DNA of 64,000 nt from Candidatus Doudnabacteria bacterium (GTDB lineage Bacteria; Patescibacteriota; Doudnabacteria; UBA920). Position numbers and translations under genes: made by a program. The stretch spans positions 11,421 through 75,420 of the forward strand of contig JADZEH010000032.1 of the NCBI GenBank assembly GCA_020850635.1. The letters are read 5' to 3'. The notes under the pieces are model-generated. The model was not told the DNA's origin. It saw only the letters and a list, made by a program, of their open reading frames with translations, and ran no database searches. Positions 9,736 to 19,900 of this stretch are shown here, in pieces (positions within the stretch are counted from its first letter, which is position 1; the number at the start of each line of letters is the position of its first letter).

Positions 9736-11199
9736 ATGGCCAACAACAACGTCATCTTAAGATTCTCCGATGTAAGCTTCGATTACGGACACGACAAACA
9801 AGTCCTCGATGAAGCTAGTTTCAGCGTGCACGCTGGTAGTCGTATCACCCTCATGGGTCAGAACGGTGCGGGTAAAAGCTCTCTGTTTAAAATGATCATG
9901 GGTGAGCTTCAGCCTAAAGAGGGAAGTATCAATCGTACGCCAAACGACATCTCTGTGGCCATCGCACATCAGGTTATGCCTAAAGACATGAACGGCTTAA
10001 CTGTTCGTGAATTCTTCGCTACGGCTTTCAAAGAAACTAAATATAATCTCGACAAACTCATCGCTGAAGTGTTGGAAGTTGTTCATCTTACTGTTGACCT
10101 TGAAAAGAAAATTAGTGATTTGTCTGGTGGTCAGCAAGCCCGCCTTTTGTTAGCTCACGCACTTATTCAAAACCCCGACATCTTGTTACTCGATGAGCCA
10201 ACTAACAATTTAGATCAGCAAGGCATCGAACACCTGACAGGGTTTCTCATGATGTACGAAAAAACTTGTATTGTCATTTCGCATGATGCCGATTTCCTTA
10301 ACGCTTTCTCAGACGGCGTGTTGTATCTCGACGTGTTCACTCACAAGATCGAGCAGTATCAAGGTAACTACTATGATGTAGTCGAACAGATTGAAGAACG
10401 TATTAAGCGTGAAAATTTGCAGAATGCTCGAATGCAAATGCAGATAAAAGAAAAGCGTTCACAAGCTGAAGTCTTTGCCCACAAAGGTGGGAAGCTTCGT
10501 GCTGTGGCGAAGCGCATGCGCGAGTCTGCGGAAGAAGCCGAAGAGAGTATTGTTAGTGTTCGTCAGGAAGACAAAGTCATTCGTGAGTTTACCATTCCGG
10601 CACAAGAGTTTGATATTCACTTCAATGGTAAAGTTGCTGAGTTTACATCTGTCACAGCTTTGAAGAATGGCAAACCAGAAACAAAAGATATTGCTGTAAC
10701 ACTGCGTAAAAATACCCACCTGTTAATTGCTGGTCCGAACGGCATTGGTAAGAGTACTTTGTTAGAACAGATTGCTAGCGGTAAAGGCGAAGGGTTTAAA
10801 TTGGAGAAAGATGTAAAGCTTGGCTATTACAAACAAGATTTTAGTAACTTTGATTATAATCAAACTGCGTACGATTGTTTACTTGAAGTTATGCAGATAA
10901 AAGATGAGCATACGCTTCGTTCTACAGCTGCAGGGTTTTTGTTAACAGGGAAGTTGCTCGCTAACAAAATCGAAGCGCTCTCAGAAGGTCAAAAAGGTCT
11001 ACTCGCGTTCTGTCGATTATTGTTGATGAAACCAGGCTTACTTATTCTCGATGAGCCAACTAACCATATTAATTTCCGACATTTGCCCATAATTGCTAAA
11101 GCGCTGGATGAATACCAAGGCGCGATGATAATGGTCTCGCACGTTCCCGACTTCGTCTCCCAGATACGCATAGATGAAGTCATAGACTTAGATGCTTAA
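9736..11199 (+). CDS. ABC-F family ATPase (two tandem ABC domains, no TMD), EttA/Uup-like translation factor
   Basis: 487 aa. Walker A GQNGAGKSS and signature LSGGQQ with Walker B LLLDEPTN in domain 1. Walker A GPNGIGKST, signature LSEGQKG and Walker B LILDEPTNH in domain 2. A charged inter-domain linker separates them. Confidence 0.85.
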   Translation: MANNNVILRFSDVSFDYGHDKQVLDEASFSVHAGSRITLMGQNGAGKSSLFKMIMGELQPKEGSINRTPNDISVAIAHQVMPKDMNGLTVREFFATAFKETKYNLDKLIAEVLEVVHLTVDLEKKISDLSGGQQARLLLAHALIQNPDILLLDEPTNNLDQQGIEHLTGFLMMYEKTCIVISHDADFLNAFSDGVLYLDVFTHKIEQYQGNYYDVVEQIEERIKRENLQNARMQMQIKEKRSQAEVFAHKGGKLRAVAKRMRESAEEAEESIVSVRQEDKVIREFTIPAQEFDIHFNGKVAEFTSVTALKNGKPETKDIAVTLRKNTHLLIAGPNGIGKSTLLEQIASGKGEGFKLEKDVKLGYYKQDFSNFDYNQTAYDCLLEVMQIKDEHTLRSTAAGFLLTGKLLANKIEALSEGQKGLLAFCRLLLMKPGLLILDEPTNHINFRHLPIIAKALDEYQGAMIMVSHVPDFVSQIRIDEVIDLDA

Positions 11200-11200
11200 A

Positions 11201-11226
11201 ACACCCTAAAGATAGGGTGTTTTTGT
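11201..11226 (+). terminator. intrinsic terminator after the ABC-F gene
   Basis: ACACCCTAAAGATAGGGTGT stem-loop followed by TTTTTG. Confidence 0.7.
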
Positions 11227-11231
11227 ATGTA

Positions 11232-11260
11232 TTGACAAAAAAGGAAAAATGTGATACAAT
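11232..11260 (+). promoter_or_regulatory. strong sigma70-type promoter with an extended -10
   Basis: TTGACA at 11232-11237, a 17-nt spacer, then TGaTACAAT with the -10 at 11255-11260. A structured leader of about 120 nt follows, with hairpins GGCTAGAAAA...TTTTCTAGCC and AAGCGCATAGCGCTT, then GGAGG and a GTG/TTG start. Confidence 0.6.
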
Positions 11261-11366
11261 ATATATTATTTTTTATGACTAGTTTGGCTAGAAAAGCATG
11301 GAAAAAGTTCTTTGTTTTTCTAGCCTTTAATTAGGCGAAAAGCGCATAGCGCTTTATTCTGGTGGA

Positions 11367-13211
11367 TTGGAGGATACTATCGTGAAGTACTTTCTCACGA
11401 TCGTAATCATGATCGCTTGTCTCAGAGTGGACGTTGTTGCTGAGCCGGCATGGCTCCTGTGGGGTGACCCTCAGAACGTTCAGTTCGACGAACAGCGGCA
11501 AGTCTATCTCAACGGCAACACTGCTGTTGAGACGTGGCGATTTCTCACCTCTGATCCAGAACTCCGCAAGGAGTTGCTGAAACCAGAGGAAGTTCCGGTA
11601 CAGAAGACGTTCGTGCTCGTGTTCAGGTGTCCGAAAGGACTCAAGCCCGAAGACTGTTACGCTGCGATCTTCGCGGGGACGCAGTCCAGAAAGAATCGGT
11701 TTGTCTTGATCAACGTCGAGCAAACCGCGAATTACGAACGACAGTATCGCGTATGGCCACACCTCGGCGTGCTCTACGTCGGGACCGCTGTTCATCAGCA
11801 GGGGTGGGACGTGGTACTGTGGGACGAACTCGTTCAAGGCCACGTTTCGCTTGAGGAGCTCGTAGAGCCGGGCGATATTGTCGGCCTGAGTCTCGTTGTC
11901 ACGGGAATCGAACGTGGTCTTGAGTTGGCGCGACAAGCGAAGAGTTTGGGCGCTCGATATGTGATCGCGGGTAACGACTCGGCGATCTTCAGATCGAACC
12001 AGATCCTTCGACTGCCGGGTAAGCCGATTGACGTGGTGTTCACTTCCAACAGTCTCACGGCCGTGCGCCGGTTCTTTCGTGCAATCGAGTACGGAGAAAT
12101 CGGCAGCGTCAGTATCTCTGACGTAGAGACTGAGCCAATTGCCGTCCAACGTTCGAACGAACGCCAGCAGTTGTATGTCGAGATTGGGCAGCGAAATGGG
12201 CAGAGACGAGACGGGACGTTCGATAACGACGACGTCTTCGTCGTTCCACAGTTCGATCTGTTTCCTGCGAGCTACTGGAATGAGGTTTGGTCGAACTACC
12301 GCGAGGTCTTCGGACACAAGCATTCCAATCCGGAAACCGTAAAAAACGCGATCGCCTTGTTCGCTCAAGGGTGTACTCGGACGAAAGGCAAGGATGCCTG
12401 TACCTACTGCAGTATTGCAGGGGTCGCAGACGTCCGCGTTCCTTCCGAGCAGTATCTTCGAGCGACGGTGGAAGCCTATCAACGTTTTGGCATTGATGCG
12501 GTGTTTAACACCACAGACTCTGCCTACGAAATGAAGAAGGTCGTCGATCAACTTCAGAACGTTGGGGCGCGCTTCAAGGCCCTGACTATCTACGGTCGGG
12601 CTCAGGGGATTACGGAGAAGCCGGAATTGTTGGACGAGTGGCAGAAGGTCGTCAACGATCGACTGCTCATAAACGTCGGTATGGACTCTGGCGATTCGGA
12701 GTCACTCCACGCTGGCATCATCAAGTCGTCACTCAAGACGGGATCGAGAGTCAGTGAGAATCATCTGGCGGTGCGGTATATCGCTGCAAGCGATGCTCAC
12801 CTCCATTACTCTCTGATATTCGGTTCTCCTGGAGAGACGACCGACTCGTGCGAACGAAGCATCGAGTTCTTGGAGTGGTCAACGGCTACGCTTAGGCAGC
12901 AGTTGGACTTGGTTGAGACGGACATCTTCTGGCTCAACTACGGTTCACCGGCAGCCCGCGTGTTCCATGACTACCGCTATGCCCAGGAGCTCGCTGCGCT
13001 AGCGAACAAGTCGATCTCTCGAGAAGAGTGGCGTTCTACCTTCGCTCAGTATGCTGAGGAACTCGTTGTTCCCCCGCAGGCTCAGGAAGGCTGGTTCCGA
13101 CACTTCACACGAATCGACATGGACACGGCGCAGAGCTACAACCGGCGCGCCGCCGAAATCATGGCTCGACACGAAGGAGGGATATCGGGCCGTGCATTCA
13201 AGCCCTCGTAA
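11367..13211 (+). CDS. putative cobalamin (B12)-binding domain / radical-SAM-like enzyme, high-GC foreign-looking gene
   Basis: About 610 aa. The N-terminal segment (VLINVEQTANYERQYRVWPHLGVLYVGTAVHQQGWDVVLWDE) resembles the B12-binding Rossmann module of B12-rSAM proteins. A Cys cluster CTRTKGKDACTYC follows, though it is non-canonical (Cx8Cx2C, not Cx3Cx2C). GC is about 55% against about 37% in the flanks. A GGAGG Shine-Dalgarno lies 8 nt before the in-frame GTG at about 11382. The function is tentative. Confidence 0.65.
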   Translation: MEDTIVKYFLTIVIMIACLRVDVVAEPAWLLWGDPQNVQFDEQRQVYLNGNTAVETWRFLTSDPELRKELLKPEEVPVQKTFVLVFRCPKGLKPEDCYAAIFAGTQSRKNRFVLINVEQTANYERQYRVWPHLGVLYVGTAVHQQGWDVVLWDELVQGHVSLEELVEPGDIVGLSLVVTGIERGLELARQAKSLGARYVIAGNDSAIFRSNQILRLPGKPIDVVFTSNSLTAVRRFFRAIEYGEIGSVSISDVETEPIAVQRSNERQQLYVEIGQRNGQRRDGTFDNDDVFVVPQFDLFPASYWNEVWSNYREVFGHKHSNPETVKNAIALFAQGCTRTKGKDACTYCSIAGVADVRVPSEQYLRATVEAYQRFGIDAVFNTTDSAYEMKKVVDQLQNVGARFKALTIYGRAQGITEKPELLDEWQKVVNDRLLINVGMDSGDSESLHAGIIKSSLKTGSRVSENHLAVRYIAASDAHLHYSLIFGSPGETTDSCERSIEFLEWSTATLRQQLDLVETDIFWLNYGSPAARVFHDYRYAQELAALANKSISREEWRSTFAQYAEELVVPPQAQEGWFRHFTRIDMDTAQSYNRRAAEIMARHEGGISGRAFKPS

Positions 13212-13247
13212 CGGGGGAGTCGAGCAACCGACTAGATAGTTTTGCTG

Positions 13248-13280
13248 AGGAACAAGTTGCTTTGTTCCTCCCTTTTTTTA
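13248..13280 (+). terminator. intrinsic terminator after the high-GC gene
   Basis: GAGGAACAAGTTGCTTTGTTCCTC hairpin plus CCTTTTTTTT. A second hairpin (ACACTAGCTTAAGGCTAGTGT + T7) lies at 13321-13347. Confidence 0.65.
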
Positions 13281-13363
13281 ACTGATAACTTGGTTGTCAT
13301 TTGAAATACGGGACTTAAAAACACTAGCTTAAGGCTAGTGTTTTTTTGTTGAAGATTTTTATT

Positions 13364-13606
13364 TCAGAAGTTTCGATAAGTCTTCTCAGAACGTAAACCT
13401 ACTTGCAGGACTAGTAGTTTATCGTCGTCAATTTTAAAAATTATTCTTAGTTTCCCATGACGTACTCGAAATACATTTTTCTGACCTTTTAGATGTACTA
13501 TGTCTAAGCCCGAATAGTTTCTCGCTAACAATCTAACAATAAGATAATCAAAAGCTGTCTTATATTCTTTTGGTAGTTTTGCGAGAGCTTTTTTTATCTT
13601 GTCCAT
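13364..13606 (-). CDS. type II toxin, RelE/ParE superfamily
   Basis: 80 aa. The pattern LAKLPKEYK..F...I..L......LKG...FRVRHGKLRIIFKIDDDKLLVLQVGLRSEKTY matches RelE/StbE-type mRNA interferases. It sits downstream of a Phd/YefM-like gene. Confidence 0.7.
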   Translation of the reverse strand: MDKIKKALAKLPKEYKTAFDYLIVRLLARNYSGLDIVHLKGQKNVFRVRHGKLRIIFKIDDDKLLVLQVGLRSEKTYRNF

Positions 13607-13823
13607 TTCGTAGAGCGTTAGCTATGTCTTCTACAGGAATACCATCTTTTTTGATTTCTGTAAAATCGATGATAGTTTTCCAGTTTAGTTCGTCGCTAAT
13701 AGGGGATATTCTAAACAATGGCTTAGATTTTTTGAGCACTATAAATGACTGACCAGAATTAACTTTTTTGGTCACAGCTTCAACGTTTTCTCTAAATTCT
13801 TTTAATCCAATGAGTTTTTCCAT
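13560..13823 (-). CDS. type II antitoxin, Phd/YefM family
   Basis: 87 aa. The N-terminus LKEFRENVEAVTKKVNSGQSFIVLKKSKPLFRISP is typical of Phd/YefM antitoxins. Its 3' end overlaps the toxin ORF by 47 nt. Confidence 0.7.
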   Translation of the reverse strand: MEKLIGLKEFRENVEAVTKKVNSGQSFIVLKKSKPLFRISPISDELNWKTIIDFTEIKKDGIPVEDIANALRNGQDKKSSRKTTKRI

Positions 13824-13972
13824 ATATGGTACTTAATTATTTTAAGTTTATCTTAAGATTAACTTAGTGTCAAGTTGTTATTTTATAAAGATTTTAGAAA
13901 ATCTTTAGAATTTCTTGATTTGTTGTGGATTAGTATGCTAGGGTATTAAGATTTAACAATTTATCGAAATAT

Positions 13973-16900
13973 ATGAAAAGGACTCAATACCTTGGTTTGC
14001 GCAGGTTAGTAGTTAGTTTCCTAGTATTTTTGGTTATTGTAATGCCTTTAAGGCCAGTATTCGCTCAGGAAGTGGAAGCATCTGTTCCTGTGACCACAGA
14101 ACCCGTTCAGCAAGAACCTCAGGCGATTAGTGAGCCTGAGCCAACTTCTATGGCAGATGAAACTCCTATCCCAACTGAGCAAGCAGACGAATTAGGCACA
14201 GATAAAACCGAGGCTCCTATTGGAGACGAAGATCCTGTGTCAGAAGAAGCTGTGGTTAAAGAAGATGAACCAAAGCCGGAAGAAGAAGTCGCTAAAATCT
14301 TTGGAGGTACCCAGGGTGTTGGATTACAATTTAAAATTCCTTCTGAACCTCAAAACTCTGTTGATGAATCAACGGGAGCTTTGATTTATGAGTATCCAAT
14401 AGTGATGCCAGAGGGTCGTTTAGGTATGACCCCAGCGGTGTCATTAAAATATAATTCTCAGAATATTACCAAGGTAGATTCGATCGTTGGATTAGGCTGG
14501 GAGCTGACTATTCCTTACATTCAACGTGAACGTGCTAAGGGAGTAGAAGGTATTTATACAAAAGCTAATTTCGTAACGTCTTTTTCGGGGAATCTTGTCC
14601 CCACAACAGATATTAGTTCTAGCCCGTACACCGTGTATTATTCTGAGGTTGACGATGGAAGCTTTCAAAAGCACACATTCAATTCTGATAATACATGGAC
14701 AATGACAGATAAATCTGGAAGGGTTTATACTTTTGGCGCCACAGCTGCCTCACGGCAGGATAACCCTGTTGATACTAGTCAGGTTTATAAGTGGATGATC
14801 TCCAAGATTAGTGATGTTCATGGTAATGAGATTCAGTATTCTTACACAAAGGACAATGGCCAAATTTATCCCAGTCAAATAGTCTATACATATCATTCCA
14901 CTTCACCAGCTATTCACAACGTCTCGTTTACTTATAATTCTCCAAGTAGTTACGGAGCCACTACATATAATGCGGCTTTCCCAGTTGTTACTAGTAAGGT
15001 TTTGGCTACGATTGATGTCACTACAACGGCTATTAATGGTGTTAGTACAAACAGTTATTCTTTGGTAAATACCAATGCCCAATTTATTAAGCAAAAATTA
15101 GTTACACGCATTGACAGAAGCTACACAAGTACTATCACCGAATCAGTTCCATATAGTGAATCTACTAGTTTTTCTTACTCAACTAAAACTCCAGGGTGGC
15201 AGCAAGGTACTCATTCCTTAGAAGGGTATTTAGTAAGAAATTCAGATTATATTTACAAAGATATTTTTACTGCTGATTTTGATGCCAATGGGTTTACTGA
15301 TGTGTTAATTTCTCATCACGATATTCCCAGTCAAAAATATAATAGATTGATGATGAACAATGGCTCAACTTTCACTGAGTCTAGCTCCGCATGGTCTTTG
15401 CCCACACACGATTTGAGTTCAAATGCATTTATTGCAGATATTAATGGAGATAAGTACCCAGATTTATTACCTAGGCAGTCTGATCCAAACCCTGTTTATT
15501 TAAATACAGGAAGTGGTTTTTCCGTTGATAATTCAAATAATTGGAAAATTTCGACATATGTGCCTGAGGCGCTTATTTGTGGTGCCAATGTCGGTGATTC
15601 AAATTCATTTGATACCAATTCTTTCTTACATGATATTAATGAAGATGGAAAAAACGACATCGTATTCTTTGGGGGAAGTTCCGACTTCAGGGTTTTTCTA
15701 AATAATGGAAACGGTTTTACTCTCTCAAATAACTACACCTTTACTCCACAATCAGGAGCTAATTTTACTATCCCCACGGTGTGTACCGGGGATTTAGATG
15801 CGGACGGCTATCAGACATTGATAGATGTCAATAACGACGGATTAAAAGATTACTTCCATGTAACCCATGGTACTTACTTAAATACTGGTTCTGGCTTTGC
15901 TTACGCAGCATCTTACCAGATTGATACCGCGGAGATGGATCGGACTGGTTTGGGGGATGTGAATGGTGACGGATTATTAGATTATATAGGTTTTAAATGG
16001 ACAAGCGGGGGAAATTATTGCGCTCGCTTGTTATTTAATGATGGAAATGGTTTTAAACAAATCAACCCCACAAACTATCCAACAAATTGCGACAATTCCG
16101 GTGTTTGGGATTTTTCAAATCTTAGCTACACCGGGGGAAATTCCAGTTTTTTCGGTACTTTAATGGATCTCACCGCGGACGGTTTACCAGATATCGTTGG
16201 TAGATTCTCTTCTTATGATATAAGGGGAAAAGTAAGGGCTGTTAATGACGGGGTGAGTTCCTGGGTTAATAATTCAAATGCTGGAGATCAATGGGTTGAT
16301 GTTATAGCGCCCTCTTATGGAAAATATTTTGATATTAACTCTGATGGAGTATTGGATTTTATTACACCATTAACTAGTTGGGGTTATGGTACTATGCCTG
16401 CCTCGATGACGTATATGGGTAAGCCAAGTATCCCAAACAGACTTACTCAGATTACCAATAGACTTGGAGCTCAGACAGTTGTCGATTTTGATACTGCCCC
16501 CACAGATCTTTATGATCGAGATAGTGCGCCAATGCCTGTAGTAAAGAAAATTACGACTCAGAATCTTGGTAGTGGGCAACCTGATATGGTAACCCAGTAT
16601 GATTATGAAAAAGGTCATTACTCTACCAATCCACTTACTAGCCAAGTAAAATTTGCGGGATTCAGCAAAGTTACCGCCACTGAATCCGGAATTGATTTAA
16701 CACCTCTTCGTGTTACAGATACATATTTTCATCAAGGTGACAATTCTGATTCTGGAAATAGCGAATATCAAGATCACATCTCAAAAATTGGTAAAGCTTA
16801 CAGAATTGAGATAAAAGATGGAAGCGGAAATCTATATTCTAAAACCCTGAATACATGGGAGCATGATCAAATATATGAGGGTCGTGATTTTGTTAAGCTT

Positions 16901-19900
16901 GCTCAAACAATGGAATTTAGTTTTGATGGTAATACAAATCACAGAGATAAAGCTGTGAGTTATGAATATGATAACTTTCTTGGAAATACTACTAAGCGGA
17001 TAGATTGGGGTGAGGTTACTGGTTCAGCGGATGGGACGTTTACTGATGTAGGTAACGACAAAATAGTTACTGATTTAATATATGCCACTGGTAGTTCCCA
17101 CGACGTAGTAGAGATGATTTCCTCCGAAATATCTACCGACCAGTCTCTAAACAAAGTAAGCGAGACTCATTATTACTATGATAATTTGTCTCTAGGTTCG
17201 ATTGATAAAGGAAATGAAACAAAAGTAGAAAAGTGGAAATCTGGCTCTGATTATATTAACGAACAGAAGGCATATAACTCTCTTGGATTAGTAACGCAAA
17301 CAACTGATCCAAGAGGAAAGAATTTAGTTTATGCATATGATAGTCATAACCTGTTTCCAGCAACGGTTACAAATCATTTAAGTCAGGCAACGCAGTATCA
17401 ATACCATTATTTCTTTGGTAAGCCACTTCAAGTGACCGATGTAAATAACAGGGTATTTAAAACGCTTTATGATGGCGCGGGTCGTATAATTGAGCAAAGA
17501 GAGCCAGATTTAAGCAACCCTACAGCGTTGGTTTCTAAATTTGTAAACACTTATTCAACTTTTGCAGGTGGAGAATTGACACGTCATGTTGAGTACATGA
17601 GTGCTTCTGAATACATAGATTCGTATACTTACTCTGATGCCTTGGGACGTGAAGTTCAGCAACGACTAGCTACCGAAGATAGTGGTAACTATAGAGTAAA
17701 CGATAAAGCTTATGATGCGTTGGGACGTCTGCAAAAAGAGTCATCGCAGTATTTTTCATCCGGAGATGCTAAGACTGTAGCGACAACGACAACTAATCTT
17801 TACACAACCACCTCATATGATCCTCTTGATCGCGTTACTGCAATTGCCAATAATATTGGGATCATAACCAACACTTTCGATGATTGGACTACCACAGTAA
17901 CAGATGCAAGGGGTAAGGTTAAGGTTTTGTACAACGATGCTCGCGGTAATTTAGTTAAAGTTGATGAAAGTAATTCAGGTGCTGTATATACTACTAATTA
18001 CGAATACAATTCAAATAATAATCTTGTTAAAATCACAGATGCTTTGGGTAACGTCCGTAACTTTACCTATGATGCCTTAGGACGTCGTTTAACTGCTCAG
18101 GATTTACATGCCCCGACTGATGTTACTTTTGGTACTTGGACCTACACTTATGATAACAACGGTAATATTACGTCTGTTGTCGATCCTAATAATCAAACCA
18201 TTAATTATACCTACGACGATTTAGGTCGCCTACTTACAGAAGATTTTACTGGTCAGTCGGAAACAGAACTAACTTATACTTATGATTCAGGTACGGATGG
18301 TATGGGTCGGTTGTCTTCTGTAGTTTCTCCCGGAGCTAATACTAGTTACTTATACAACGCACATGGTGGCGTTAAGCAGGAGATAAAAACCATAAATTCC
18401 ACTTCGTATCAGACAGACTATACTTATGATCGTCAGGGAAATCAGCTAGAGATTACTAACCCAGATGGGTCGAAAGTTAAGTATACCTATAATTTCGGAG
18501 GACAACTGGAAACGGTGCAACGTAAAGAAACTACAGATACTTCATTTATAAATGTTGTAAATGATTTTGATTATGGTCCTCATGGAAAAATCACCCTTCA
18601 AGTAAACCAAAATGGTTCTCAAACCAGCAACATTTATGACGCTACTAAGCTTTATCGGCTATCCTCTAAAATAACTACTATTAGTGGCGGTTCTAAGGTG
18701 CAAGGACTTACATATAGTTATGATAATAATAGTAATATTACTCAGGCCGTAGATAATTCAAATACTAATTCAGTAAAAACTGTTGCATATACCTATGATG
18801 ATTTAAACCGGTTACTTAGTTCAACAGCAACAGGGGTTGCTGCTGGTCAGTCGACTTATACCGAAGTTTATAGTTACGATGCTATTGGAAACATTCTGAC
18901 TAAAGCTACTACCGTTGGGGGAGGGGCTACGATAAATACCACGTATTCTTATGCAGGAAGTGCAGGGTCAAGTTATGCAAATCCTCACGCAGTTACTAGT
19001 ATTTCCGATGGAATAAATACTACCAACTTTACGTATGACAATAATGGTAATATGATTGGAGAAGGAAGTAAGACCTTTGCGTTTGATTATAATAATCGTA
19101 TGACGCAGTCAGTTGGCGTAAGTGGTAGTGGTCCGACAACCGTTAGTTTTAATTCTCTAGCTGGCGATGGTGCTATTTATCATCAAAGTTCTTCTTGGGA
19201 TACCGCTCACGATGCTTCGGTGGGTTCGTATGCGTCGTTTACTGTTAATAATTTTTACGTTAGAGCTGGTAAGAATACAAGCACTTCAAATCGTATTGAG
19301 CGTGGGTTCTTACCTTTCGACACATCTTCGTTGCCAGACAGTGCAAATATTACGAGCGCAAAACTTAAAGTCTATGTTTATTCTAAATTGAATAATGATA
19401 ATGACGGTACAGATTGGGTAACTGTGACTCAAGCCACTCAACCCAGTACAACCGTTCTAACAACAGGGGACTACGATTTAGCAGGAAGTATAAATAATCC
19501 GGTTGAAGGGGTTGATGCAGGGCAGCGTAAAGATATTACCAATGTAAGTGTAGGTGGTTACTTAACCTTTGATCTAAATGTAACCGGCCGAGGTTGGGTA
19601 AACACCAGTGGTTCGACAAAGCTTAGTTTGCGTGAAGGCCATGACGCTACAGATAGCGCTTTTGTGGGAACTTCTGGTCAGTATAACGAGCTACGTATTA
19701 TATCATCAGAATATACGGGAACCAGCGTTGATCCAATTTTGGAAGTTACTTATGGCAGTGCCCCTCAGGTCGTTACAACAAATTATAAGTATGATCACAC
19801 TGGCCAGAGAGTTAGCTTATCCAATGGTACGAAAACGGATGTTTATCCGTCAGCTGACTACAATACGGACGGAACGACACCTGTAAAGCACATTTTTGGT

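Noticed and set aside
11331-12551. 406-aa ORF on the minus strand overlapping the high-GC gene
   Set aside because: It has no motifs, is antisense to a longer ORF with domain-like features, and sits in a GC-rich segment where long spurious ORFs are expected.
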